64,000 nt of DNA from a virus. Under the pieces are notes generated by a model, which made no database searches, was not told the origin of the DNA, and was given only the letters and a program-made list of their open reading frames with translations. The stretch is from positions 1 through 64,000 of IMG/VR virus record IMGVR_UViG_3300017779_004709; one strand, written 5' to 3'. This document shows positions 49,606 through 59,191 of this stretch, in pieces (the first letter of the stretch is position 1; every line of letters starts with the position of its first letter). The position numbers and the translations under genes are program-made.

Positions 49606-49632
49606 TTTGAGAAATAAGTTTGATATATATGT
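49606..49632 (+). promoter_or_regulatory. Bipartite promoter-like motif TTTGAGA-N10-ATATATATGT
   Basis: Same spacing as 4372, 4807 and 35913. Confidence 0.5.
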
Positions 49633-49664
49633 ATATATCATATTAACATAAGGAGAAATGATAA

Positions 49665-50384
49665 ATGAATAAATACAAATTAACTCGATTCATTGACAAG
49701 TACCATTTAGGTGGTAATGTTAATGCAGTAGTTATCAACAGCAAGAGTGATAAATTATCTACTCGATTCATTACTGGTGATAAAGCACTACTCGGAGAAT
49801 TGAAGATGAATAATTGGACATTCGAGGATTCCGAATTGGGAGTTTATGATACAGAACAACTTAGTAGATTACTTGGTGTTTTGGATGATGATGTAACCCT
49901 TAATTTGACTCAGGCGGGTGATAAGGCAATCGCCGTTGAGATTTCTGATGCACTATCCAAAGTCAACTTTATGTTGTCGGATAAATCAGTTATCAATCAA
50001 CCACCGCCACTAAAACAACTTCCTGAATTTCAGGTAGAGATTAAAGTGGATTCCAATTTCATTAATAGATTCATTAGTGGTAAATCTGCATTACCAGATA
50101 CAGATACCTTTACGGTAATAGCTGATGATGATGGAGTGAAACTTGTAATAGGTTATTCTTCAATCAACACAAACAGAGTTACAATTCCTGTTGAGACTAC
50201 AGCAACATCTAAAATAGAAAATGTATCTTTTAACGCAAATCTATTTAAGGATGTTCTTACAGCAAATAAAGAATGTGAAAGTGCAACACTATATGTTAGT
50301 GAACAAGGGTTATCAAAAATCAACTTCAAGGTTGATGATTATGATGCTACTTACTTTCTTGTAGCCGTTCAAGACGTTGATTGA
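49665..50384 (+). CDS. DNA sliding clamp (gp45/PCNA-like)
   Basis: 239 aa with a two-domain beta/alpha pattern, C-terminal ATYFLVA, near PolB. Confidence 0.7.
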   Translation: MNKYKLTRFIDKYHLGGNVNAVVINSKSDKLSTRFITGDKALLGELKMNNWTFEDSELGVYDTEQLSRLLGVLDDDVTLNLTQAGDKAIAVEISDALSKVNFMLSDKSVINQPPPLKQLPEFQVEIKVDSNFINRFISGKSALPDTDTFTVIADDDGVKLVIGYSSINTNRVTIPVETTATSKIENVSFNANLFKDVLTANKECESATLYVSEQGLSKINFKVDDYDATYFLVAVQDVD

Positions 50385-51351
50385 TTTTGACAACTTCCCA
50401 ACTTTTAGTGAAGAACATTTTAATACTTGGATAAACGAATTAACACCAATAGAGGAACATAATGGTTACTTGGTTAAACGAGACGACCTTTTCAATCTTG
50501 GTGGTGTTAGTGGTGGAAAAGTTAGACAATGTTCTAAACTTGTCTATGATAATTTAGACCATATACTCAACGAGTGTAATGGTGGAATACTTACAGCTGC
50601 TGGAATACCATCTCCACAGAGTTGTATAACTTCGGCAGTTGCAAAGTATTTTGGGTTGAAATGTTTGGTTACAATACCACATTATCCCGACCATATCAAA
50701 GATAGTTATAGAGTAAATGCTTCACTATCTCAAAAGTTTGGTGCCAAAATGTATGGGGTGGGAAACCCTAATATATCGGGTCCCGAACTTGATGCCAAAA
50801 AACTCGTTGGTGAAACAGGTTATTTCCAAATAAAATTTGGAATGAATGGAAAACAAGTGATGGAAACCATTGCCCAACAAGTGAAAAATATTCCTGACTG
50901 TGTAGAGACTGTCGTGGGAATAGCTGGGAGTGGATTATCTATGCTAGGTGTAGCATTAGGGTGTAAGTTGTATAACAAAAATGTTAAAGTTATACATCCT
51001 GTAGCATTAAGTGGATATGTGTATAAAAATAAGAAAACTTGGTATGATCGTCTCCTTCCCAAAGACCAATTTGACGGAGAATTTCATGTGGTACAATCTG
51101 ATTATCCATATCAACACAAACTTAAATTAGATGAATCATTACCGCTTGACCAAACATACGAAGCTAAGGCTTGGGATTGGATGACCAAAAATCTAAAACC
51201 ATCTGAAAAGGTGTTGTTTTGGGATGTTGGTATTAAAGAATATGACTTGGATTACATTGAACCTATCAAGTGGCACAAATCAGAATATGAAATGATTATC
51301 GATAGAGAACTGAGAAGGAAACATGAGCAAGTCAAACACGACTTTTTCTAA
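50377..51351 (+). CDS. PLP-dependent fold-II enzyme (ACC deaminase / D-cysteine desulfhydrase-like)
   Basis: VKRDD...GGKVR (PLP lysine), AGSGLS, LDQTYEAKAW, LFWDVG. Confidence 0.85.
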   Translation: MIDFDNFPTFSEEHFNTWINELTPIEEHNGYLVKRDDLFNLGGVSGGKVRQCSKLVYDNLDHILNECNGGILTAAGIPSPQSCITSAVAKYFGLKCLVTIPHYPDHIKDSYRVNASLSQKFGAKMYGVGNPNISGPELDAKKLVGETGYFQIKFGMNGKQVMETIAQQVKNIPDCVETVVGIAGSGLSMLGVALGCKLYNKNVKVIHPVALSGYVYKNKKTWYDRLLPKDQFDGEFHVVQSDYPYQHKLKLDESLPLDQTYEAKAWDWMTKNLKPSEKVLFWDVGIKEYDLDYIEPIKWHKSEYEMIIDRELRRKHEQVKHDFF

Positions 51352-51871
51352 GGCCTGGTTAGAAAAGAAAATAATGTGTGGGTTATGTAACTTTGGTTGC
51401 TGTAACCACAATTCTTTTCATGTAGAGATTACTGAGGAAGAACAAGAAAAATACAAAAAACAATTTGGACTTGATTTAGAATTGGAATGGCCACAAGATG
51501 GTTGTTGTGATTTACTAAGTAAGGATGGAACGGGTTGTAGTTTGGGTGATGAACGACCTGTATTCTGTAAAACATATCCATTAGTGGAGAACAAAACAGG
51601 TCGTGTGGTGATTAATAATTGGGCATATTTACATTGTCCAAAGCCTGAGAATTACGAGTTAGATAGAGAAGTGGATGGTAAGTATCATTACAAGTTGAAA
51701 AAGAAACATAAGAACAAACGAGATGAATTGATATTAGATGATAAGATAGAAAATGTAGTTAAACAAATATGGTTACAATCCAAAGAGGCACTTGTCGAAA
51801 CATACGGACAAGAGTTTTACGAAAAGATAAAAATAGAAATGAAACAAACAATTAAACACGGATTCTTTTAA
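51323..51871 (+). CDS. YkgJ/CxxCxxCC family putative Fe-S or Zn protein
   Basis: CGLCNFGCC, CDLL, CSLGDERPVFCKTYP. Confidence 0.75.
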   Translation: MSKSNTTFSKAWLEKKIMCGLCNFGCCNHNSFHVEITEEEQEKYKKQFGLDLELEWPQDGCCDLLSKDGTGCSLGDERPVFCKTYPLVENKTGRVVINNWAYLHCPKPENYELDREVDGKYHYKLKKKHKNKRDELILDDKIENVVKQIWLQSKEALVETYGQEFYEKIKIEMKQTIKHGFF

Positions 51872-53091
51872 TGTATATAGATTACTTTGATAAATTTTAC
51901 AATATGAAACCCTATCTCGAAATTGATGAAAAGGATTGGGAGTACATTAAAGAAACATTTGATAAAGATGATGTTAAGGAAAGTCTTGCAAAAGTAGCAA
52001 TGACATACCCACTTCCATATCCTGATTTAACCGAAAAGAGAGCATACAAGGATTTCCAAAAACTCAAGGGTATGAAATGGAATGAAATTATGGTAGAGGG
52101 TGAGTGGTATGCTAGAGAAGGAACAGAATATACCTATAATTTAAATTATGATAAAAAACAATTATATTTTAGAAGATTAAATGCTGGTAATGAGGCAAGT
52201 AACTACTTTCAGATAGAAAATCGTTGGTCAGTTGATGGTTCGGTTTCACCAGGTCCTAAACGAACTTGGGGAAGTCATAAGTTTATGACCACACTTATGG
52301 GAAGTGCTTACTCGTTGAAGATGCCCAAGATAAACAAGAACATATTGAGAACTATGATTGGGTTGAGAAAATATATTTGTTCTCAGTTCAAACCAAATGT
52401 GGCAAAGATAATTTACGATATGTTTAAGTCAGAAAACATATTAGACTTTTCGATGGGGTGGGGTGATAGGTTGGCTGGATTTTACGCAAGTGAATATGGT
52501 AAACACTATGTTGGTTTAGATCCAAGAGGAGAGAATCACCCTATCTACAAGGAACAATCTGAATTCTATGAAAAACATTTGGGATTCTTTGAACACGATA
52601 GAAAGTCTGAGTTTCATTGTAGTCCAGCAGAAGATTTTGACTTCGCCCCGTACAACGAACATTTTGACATGGTATTTACAAGTCCACCATACTTTAGCGT
52701 GGAGCGTTATAGTTACGATGATACACAAAGTTGGGTTAGATACAAAGATATAAACGATTGGAATAAGGATTTTCTACAATCGACCTTGGGTAACTTATGG
52801 GGAAGTATAAAAAAAGGTGGATATTTATTAGTGAATATATCAGATGTCTATACAAATTCAAAATGGTCAACCGAAAGAGGTTGGTTGGAGATTTGTAATC
52901 CTATGAATGACTACTTATCCAAGATGGGAGAGTATCAAGGTTGTATTGGAATGGAGATGGCCAAACGACCTAATAGTGGTGGAGCTGGAACGGCTAAAAG
53001 TTACGAGGGTTCTGTGTGGACGGAGAAATCATTAGAGAACAAACAGGATAAGAAGTTTGGAGAACCAATATGGGTATGGAAAAAGTTGTAA
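51871..53091 (+). CDS. DNA amino-methyltransferase-like protein
   Basis: SAM motif LDFSMGWGDRL before FTSPPYF. Confidence 0.8.
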   Translation: MYIDYFDKFYNMKPYLEIDEKDWEYIKETFDKDDVKESLAKVAMTYPLPYPDLTEKRAYKDFQKLKGMKWNEIMVEGEWYAREGTEYTYNLNYDKKQLYFRRLNAGNEASNYFQIENRWSVDGSVSPGPKRTWGSHKFMTTLMGSAYSLKMPKINKNILRTMIGLRKYICSQFKPNVAKIIYDMFKSENILDFSMGWGDRLAGFYASEYGKHYVGLDPRGENHPIYKEQSEFYEKHLGFFEHDRKSEFHCSPAEDFDFAPYNEHFDMVFTSPPYFSVERYSYDDTQSWVRYKDINDWNKDFLQSTLGNLWGSIKKGGYLLVNISDVYTNSKWSTERGWLEICNPMNDYLSKMGEYQGCIGMEMAKRPNSGGAGTAKSYEGSVWTEKSLENKQDKKFGEPIWVWKKL

Positions 53092-54098
53092 GTAGTAATA
53101 ATGAATGGGATACCTTAAAAGAAGTTTATGTTGGTATTATAGATAATCCAAATAATCCTGACCACGATGTAGACTTACATTGTATAAATTATGCCGATAG
53201 GGATGAGATGTTAGGTGTGGAGGAAGGATTATATCCCAAACAAGTAATTGAAGAAACTCAAGAAGATTTAGAAGGATTGGTTTCTATTCTTAAATCACTT
53301 GGTGTAAAGGTAAAACGACCTCAACCACAGGATAACCAATCACATTTTGCAACACTTGATTGGTGTACAAATGGATATTACAATTATTGTCCACGAGATA
53401 GTGTGGTGGTTGTAGGAGATACAATTATAGAATCACCTATGACTTTAAGGTCAAGGTACTTTGAAACATTTTCATTTCGTGATGATTTCATTGATTATAT
53501 GAAAAAGGGTGCAAGGTGGGTTTCAGCACCAAAACCAAGATTAAGAGATGATTGTTATCAAAGAGACGATTTAGATAAATTAACATTAACAGAAGTAGAA
53601 CCCATATTTGATGCAGCAAATATTCTTAGATGTAACGATGATATATTATATTTGGTTTCAAACACGGGCAACAAGTTAGGTGCACAATGGTTACAGAATT
53701 TTCTTGGAAGTAAATATAAGGTACATACTTTAGAAAATATGTATAGTTATGTTCATTTAGATTCGACTATATCCCTATTAAGAGAAGGATTGTGTTTGTT
53801 AAATCCTGAAAGGGTGAATGAAGATAATATACCCGAACCATTAAAATCTTGGGATAAGATTTGGTGTCCTGATATGGTGGATATAGGACATTATCCTAAT
53901 TACAATCACGCTTCAGTTTGGATTGGTATTAATTTATTGTCTCTGAATGAAAATTTGGTTATATGTGATGAAAATCAAACAGAGTTACATAAGGAACTAT
54001 ATAAAAATAATATAGAAGTCATTCCTATGAAATTAAGACATGCAAGAACACTTGGTGGTAGTTTTCATTGCACTACTTTGGATATTTGTCGTGGATAA
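53070..54098 (+). CDS. Amidinotransferase (glycine / inosamine-phosphate type)
   Basis: NEWDTLKEV, NYCPRD, FDAAN, HLDST, GGSFHCTT. Confidence 0.9.
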   Translation: MGMEKVVSSNNEWDTLKEVYVGIIDNPNNPDHDVDLHCINYADRDEMLGVEEGLYPKQVIEETQEDLEGLVSILKSLGVKVKRPQPQDNQSHFATLDWCTNGYYNYCPRDSVVVVGDTIIESPMTLRSRYFETFSFRDDFIDYMKKGARWVSAPKPRLRDDCYQRDDLDKLTLTEVEPIFDAANILRCNDDILYLVSNTGNKLGAQWLQNFLGSKYKVHTLENMYSYVHLDSTISLLREGLCLLNPERVNEDNIPEPLKSWDKIWCPDMVDIGHYPNYNHASVWIGINLLSLNENLVICDENQTELHKELYKNNIEVIPMKLRHARTLGGSFHCTTLDICRG

Positions 54099-54882
54099 AT
54101 CATATGTAAAGTTTGTAAATTTTAAAAAAAATGCAGGACTTTGGCATCACACATATAATCTAAAAGTAATTTTAAAATATGCATATCACAATAATAAAAT
54201 ACCAATAATCCCTATGTTTGAATTTGGAGAACCAGAGGGATTAGGATCAGAAAGAATATTTGATACAAATTTAAGTCAGTACTATGATTATTCTAAATTA
54301 AAAATCGATGGAAAACCATATGAAGTTGTATTAGATAATGAGTTCGAAAATAGTAGGACAGAAGTTTTTGATTTCTATAAAACACATTTAGGAAAACAAG
54401 GTAAATATGTTGGTTATTTTCCTGATATTGAAGAATTAATGGTTGATGGAAATGTTGATATTGAATTACCATTTCATCAACATTTAGTAGACATTTCTTC
54501 TAATGTAATAAATCATTTGGGTAAATATGTATGTGTTCATGTGAGACGAGGAGATGTTTTAAGTCAATATTCAGATACAGATGAGGCCACTCAATCAGAA
54601 AATATTTTGAAGGTTTTGGACGAGTTAGTTGATGATTCTTATAAGGTTTATATTATGACGAATGAGGAAGATTTAACCTTATTTGATAAGATAACTCAAA
54701 AATATGATACTTATTTTTGGATAGACTTTGATGTATTGACGGAGTGGTATAATAAAGACAATTATTTATTATTTTGTATAGAGTTATTAATAATGAAAAG
54801 TGCAAATAAAAAAGTTTCAACTTTTGAAAGAAATTATATACACAATATTAACCAATGTGATAGGTGGTTATATGAAAGTTAA
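54091..54882 (+). CDS. Fucosyltransferase-like glycosyltransferase (GT11/GT23-like)
   Basis: CVHVRRGD, VYIMTNE; GTG start at 54091 preferred. Confidence 0.7.
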   Translation: MDKSYVKFVNFKKNAGLWHHTYNLKVILKYAYHNNKIPIIPMFEFGEPEGLGSERIFDTNLSQYYDYSKLKIDGKPYEVVLDNEFENSRTEVFDFYKTHLGKQGKYVGYFPDIEELMVDGNVDIELPFHQHLVDISSNVINHLGKYVCVHVRRGDVLSQYSDTDEATQSENILKVLDELVDDSYKVYIMTNEEDLTLFDKITQKYDTYFWIDFDVLTEWYNKDNYLLFCIELLIMKSANKKVSTFERNYIHNINQCDRWLYES

Positions 54883-55492
54883 TGGATTTTGGATTGGTGA
54901 GTTGGGTGAGATACAATATGAATGTATCAATTCTTGGGAAAAGAATGGTTATGAATTTAAGTTATGGAATGAAAAAGATTATCACGAGATAGTTGACTCT
55001 GATGAATATTTTACATATCAACACGGACATTCAAAAGGTACACCGATTGCATTTTCAAATCTGTTTAGATCAGAATTGTTATATCAACGAGGTGGGTTGT
55101 ATGTTGATTTGGATATGTTATGTTTGAAACCATATGAGTTCAATAGACGATTTGTATTTTCAGAGCAGATAGATAGTGGTTGGGATTATCATGTTGCAAC
55201 TTGTATTATATATAGTGAGAGTAGTGGGGAACAAATTTTTAAAGATTGGGCAAATCGTATACGAAAGATTGGTGAGAATTCTACACACGGAGATTTAGGA
55301 CCTAATTTAATCACACCATTGGTTGAGCAATATGGTTATGAAGATTATGTATTACCTAAAAAGTATTTTTGTTCAGTAGATTGGCAATCATATGAAGATG
55401 TTTTTACATATGATGGTGATTCGTATGGAATACATTTGTTTACGAGTCTATGGAATGAAGAAGATTATAAAAATATAAATAAATTAAAATGA
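54872..55492 (+). CDS. GT32-like DXD glycosyltransferase
   Basis: FWIG...CINSW, FSNLFRSELLYQRGGLYVDLD, GPNL, YGIHL. Confidence 0.8.
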   Translation: MKVNGFWIGELGEIQYECINSWEKNGYEFKLWNEKDYHEIVDSDEYFTYQHGHSKGTPIAFSNLFRSELLYQRGGLYVDLDMLCLKPYEFNRRFVFSEQIDSGWDYHVATCIIYSESSGEQIFKDWANRIRKIGENSTHGDLGPNLITPLVEQYGYEDYVLPKKYFCSVDWQSYEDVFTYDGDSYGIHLFTSLWNEEDYKNINKLK

Positions 55493-56292
55493 GAATAGAA
55501 CAGGCATATATTTCACCATCGTTATCACATTTCAAAAATGAATTTTTGGAATGTTGGAATTTAAAAGATTATGATAATTCAGAAGAACCTGCACTATTTT
55601 GGGGATTATATCCTGATTGGGATGGAGAGTTAGAATGTGAGAAAAATTCTTCATCAGATGTAGATGTCTATAACAATCACATCGGTTTTAAAGTTTTAAT
55701 TCCTGGTGGGGTTGAATGGACACGAGGTATGTTTGATCTAATAGATACTGAAAATATTAATTTGGTAGCTGTTGATGAGATTGAAATCGATTTAAATAAA
55801 AAGTATAATCTTCCACATAAATTTTTAAAAATCCCATACTTTGATTTTGAGAAATACGAACCTACGATTTTGGGTGATAAGATATATTCTCATATACCAC
55901 TAAGAGAAAATAGTGGAGATTGGGGAAAAAATTTTGAAAAAATGTTTCATTATGATAAATTGATGAATTTATTTGGAGAGGATAGGTTTTGTTTTCCCAA
56001 AGAATGGGTAACGCCACAAGAATGTATTAAATATTTTAATCAGAGTTTTGTTAACATAAAACCACATCTAATTAGAGGATTTAATACATCTTGGAAGTTG
56101 GGAAGTATGGGTAGAAATACAATTACTACCAATATAACGAGTGCACCAAATTATTTACATTATGATTCTGATGATGAATTAAAAAGATTAGTAGATGAAG
56201 AATCAAAAAAGATTGGAACTATACAAGAGAATAAATTGTGGGATTACTTTCATCAATCCGATGATTGGTTAAACGAGGAGTATTGGAAATGA
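55489..56292 (+). CDS. Hypothetical protein, possibly a GT-B glycosyltransferase
   Basis: 267-aa ORF in the glycan cluster; only weak motif support. Confidence 0.4.
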   Translation: MRIEQAYISPSLSHFKNEFLECWNLKDYDNSEEPALFWGLYPDWDGELECEKNSSSDVDVYNNHIGFKVLIPGGVEWTRGMFDLIDTENINLVAVDEIEIDLNKKYNLPHKFLKIPYFDFEKYEPTILGDKIYSHIPLRENSGDWGKNFEKMFHYDKLMNLFGEDRFCFPKEWVTPQECIKYFNQSFVNIKPHLIRGFNTSWKLGSMGRNTITTNITSAPNYLHYDSDDELKRLVDEESKKIGTIQENKLWDYFHQSDDWLNEEYWK

Positions 56293-57017
56293 AATTATAC
56301 ACTAATGGATGTAGTTTTGTTTGGGGAGACGAATTAAAGGATAGAGAAAACGAAGCTTTTCCATTTTTATTACAAAAGAGGTTAGGATGTGAATTGTTAC
56401 AAGAATCATCTTGTGGTTCAAACAACCAACGAATACTTAGGAGTACAATAGGATTACCAGATCATAGGGCACGTGAAGAAAGTGATAGAGATTATAAACT
56501 TCACGAGAAATTTACAAAGGATGATTTTGTGATAATCGGTTGGAGTTCAATATATAGATATGAATATTATTCAGATGAGTTATGGAATGAAGTTATACCA
56601 TTTAATGGTGAGAAATTTAAAGTTATAAAGTATTTTAAGGAAGAATGGTTTATTGTAAATTTTCTCAATCAAGTTTTAGCATTACAGAATTATTTAAAAT
56701 ATCATAATATTCCATTCTTCTTTTTTCTATCTTTTGCAGGTGCACCTGTTTATGGTGTAAAAGATTATGGGTATGATGAAAGAAATGCAGTTTTTCCTGA
56801 TAAACCAATAGTGGATTGGGTGGATTATTATAGTGAGTTTTTTGAATTGGTAGACAGAGAAACATTTCCAAGTCTATTTAATAATGATTTGGTTTTTAGG
56901 GATTATTGTTTTGGACACGGAGAAGAAATGGTATCTGGACTCGATGGACACCCTACAAAAGAATCACATAAATTATGGGCAGATTATTTATATGAAAATA
57001 GCGGCATCGCAAAGTAA
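56289..57017 (+). CDS. SGNH/GDSL-like protein
   Basis: LYTNGCSFVWG, GSNNQRI, IIGWS, DGHPT. Confidence 0.7.
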   Translation: MKLYTNGCSFVWGDELKDRENEAFPFLLQKRLGCELLQESSCGSNNQRILRSTIGLPDHRAREESDRDYKLHEKFTKDDFVIIGWSSIYRYEYYSDELWNEVIPFNGEKFKVIKYFKEEWFIVNFLNQVLALQNYLKYHNIPFFFFLSFAGAPVYGVKDYGYDERNAVFPDKPIVDWVDYYSEFFELVDRETFPSLFNNDLVFRDYCFGHGEEMVSGLDGHPTKESHKLWADYLYENSGIAK

Positions 57018-57618
57018 TTATTTACCTTGGACAGGAATGTTCGAGCTAATCAACTCAGTTGATAAGTTTGTATTTTTTGATACATTACAATTTACAAAGA
57101 AGGATTGGAGAACAAGAAATCTAATAAAGTCTACTCATGGCGAAATGTGGTTGAATGTACCAGTTCATAAAGAAAATATAAATACTAATATTATAGACAT
57201 AAAAATAGATAATGGACAGAAATGGCGTGAAAAACATTATAAGAGTTTTTACAATTTTTATTCTCGGTCTAAGTATTTTAGTGAGTATAAGTATTTATTA
57301 GATTATTTAAAAATGGATTGGAAATTTTTATATGACTTAAATAGATATACTATGGAATCAATTTGTGATGCACTTGAAATAAAAACAGAGATATATTATT
57401 CAGAGAAAATTAATTTAAAATCCAATGATAAAAATGGTAGAATATTGGAAGTGGTAAAGGAACTTGATGGGGATCATTATATAACAGGACCAAAGGCAAA
57501 AAATTATATTGATGAGGGATTATTTGGTAATGTTGAATTAGAATATATGAAATATAAAACAAAAAACAATTTTACAGTATTAGATAATATTTTTAATAAT
57601 GGAGTAAATATATTATGA
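56992..57618 (+). CDS. WbqC-like protein (putative glycyltransferase)
   Basis: QSNYLPW, FDTLQF...WRTRN, WLNVPV, YITGP. Confidence 0.85.
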   Translation: MKIAASQSNYLPWTGMFELINSVDKFVFFDTLQFTKKDWRTRNLIKSTHGEMWLNVPVHKENINTNIIDIKIDNGQKWREKHYKSFYNFYSRSKYFSEYKYLLDYLKMDWKFLYDLNRYTMESICDALEIKTEIYYSEKINLKSNDKNGRILEVVKELDGDHYITGPKAKNYIDEGLFGNVELEYMKYKTKNNFTVLDNIFNNGVNIL

Positions 57619-58208
57619 ATCCGTATGAAGCAGTAAGAGAGTTCGAATCTCAATTAAGTGATTACACAGGTGCACCTTATGTGGTTTGTGTGGATAGTTC
57701 AACTGATGCATTATTTCTATGTTGTTACAGATTGAAAGTTGATGTTGTTACAATTCCTAAACACACATATTTATCTGTTCCTATGTCAGTTATTCATTCG
57801 GGTGGTCAAGTAGAGTTTGAGGATTTAGAGTGGAGTGGTATTTACCAACTTAAACCATATCCAATATGGGATTCTGCCAAAAGAATGAAAAGGAATATGT
57901 ATGTTAAAGGTAGTTATATGACATTATCTTTTCATATACAAAAACATATTCCTATTGGAAAGGGTGGGGCGATTCTATGTGATAATAAGGATGATTATGA
58001 ATGGTTTAAGAAGGCACGATATGAAGGTAGAAGTGAAGTCTCATATCACGAAGATGATATAGAATTTTGTGGTTGGAATATGTACATGACACCACAAGAG
58101 GCAGTTCGTGGTATGGAATTACTTCGAGGTCTGCCCGATGATAGTGACGATTTGGTAGAAAATCCACCATATAGGGATTTGACCACATTCAAGGTTTTTA
58201 AAAAATGA
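57615..58208 (+). CDS. Short DegT/DnrJ/EryC1/StrS-family sugar aminotransferase
   Basis: FESQLSDY, DSSTDAL, DSAK, LSFHIQKHIPIGKGGAI, GWNMYM. Confidence 0.85.
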   Translation: MNPYEAVREFESQLSDYTGAPYVVCVDSSTDALFLCCYRLKVDVVTIPKHTYLSVPMSVIHSGGQVEFEDLEWSGIYQLKPYPIWDSAKRMKRNMYVKGSYMTLSFHIQKHIPIGKGGAILCDNKDDYEWFKKARYEGRSEVSYHEDDIEFCGWNMYMTPQEAVRGMELLRGLPDDSDDLVENPPYRDLTTFKVFKK

Positions 58209-59191
58209 TAATACTACATAGAGACAATAATATTTATGATGTACCGAAAGGGTGGTTGGTAGACAATCGATACAATTGGGATTTATGTGGATTTTATCAC
58301 GAAAAATTTGAAGCATATTTTGCAAACGCTAACATTGATTATAGATTATCTTATTACGAAGATTATCCAAATGTAGATGGTTCACATTTTATTGGTAGGT
58401 TTGCACATGAACGAGGTGATAAAGAATTACATCAAAAATATTATTATGAATTGGAAAAGAGATTTGATAACATCTGGCCCAATTTCATGACATATAGATT
58501 GTATGATGATAAACCAAGAGAAATGGAATATTTGGATTCTATCGGATACTCAAAGTATACTGATTATAAAGTTGTAAATAATATAGATGAGTTGTGTGAT
58601 GTTGTTCAAGTTGGAGATATCGTAAAATCACATACAGGTGCAAGTAGTGATAATGTATTTTGTGTTACAGAAAAGAAATATTGTGAGTATGGTGAGTTGG
58701 TAAATATATTAAACGATACATACTCTAAAGTTGATAATTTTTTTCCAGCCATTATTCAACCTTATTTTGAAGGCCTAATGTATAAAATTCATTTGACTAA
58801 TTATGGGATACATTCGAAAGTATTTGATTATGAACAAGATTTATCACATCCATTAAATTTTGGTGTTGGTAATCCAAAAGTAGATTGGAAATCACGATAT
58901 AATTATAGTTCTGAAAGATGTTATTGTATATCTGAAAGTAGATTAAAAAATATGGATATTATTTTTGATTTACTCGAAATAAAAAAAATTATGAATACAC
59001 CTAATATAACATTCGATGTTATTGATAATAAAATATTAGAATTCACTTATCTGTGGTCACCAAGTTTACCACATAAAAATGAGTATGGTTTTTATAATCT
59101 CGATACTCGTAAGTTTGAAACAATAGAAGAAGAACAATATTTTCTCGGTCATGAACAAGTTAATTCTGTAATCAAGGAGTTTAATTTATGA
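58205..59191 (+). CDS. Putative ATP-grasp ligase
   Basis: YDDK, IVKSHTGASSDNV, IIQPY, FDVI...ILEF pattern. Confidence 0.55.
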   Translation: MIILHRDNNIYDVPKGWLVDNRYNWDLCGFYHEKFEAYFANANIDYRLSYYEDYPNVDGSHFIGRFAHERGDKELHQKYYYELEKRFDNIWPNFMTYRLYDDKPREMEYLDSIGYSKYTDYKVVNNIDELCDVVQVGDIVKSHTGASSDNVFCVTEKKYCEYGELVNILNDTYSKVDNFFPAIIQPYFEGLMYKIHLTNYGIHSKVFDYEQDLSHPLNFGVGNPKVDWKSRYNYSSERCYCISESRLKNMDIIFDLLEIKKIMNTPNITFDVIDNKILEFTYLWSPSLPHKNEYGFYNLDTRKFETIEEEQYFLGHEQVNSVIKEFNL

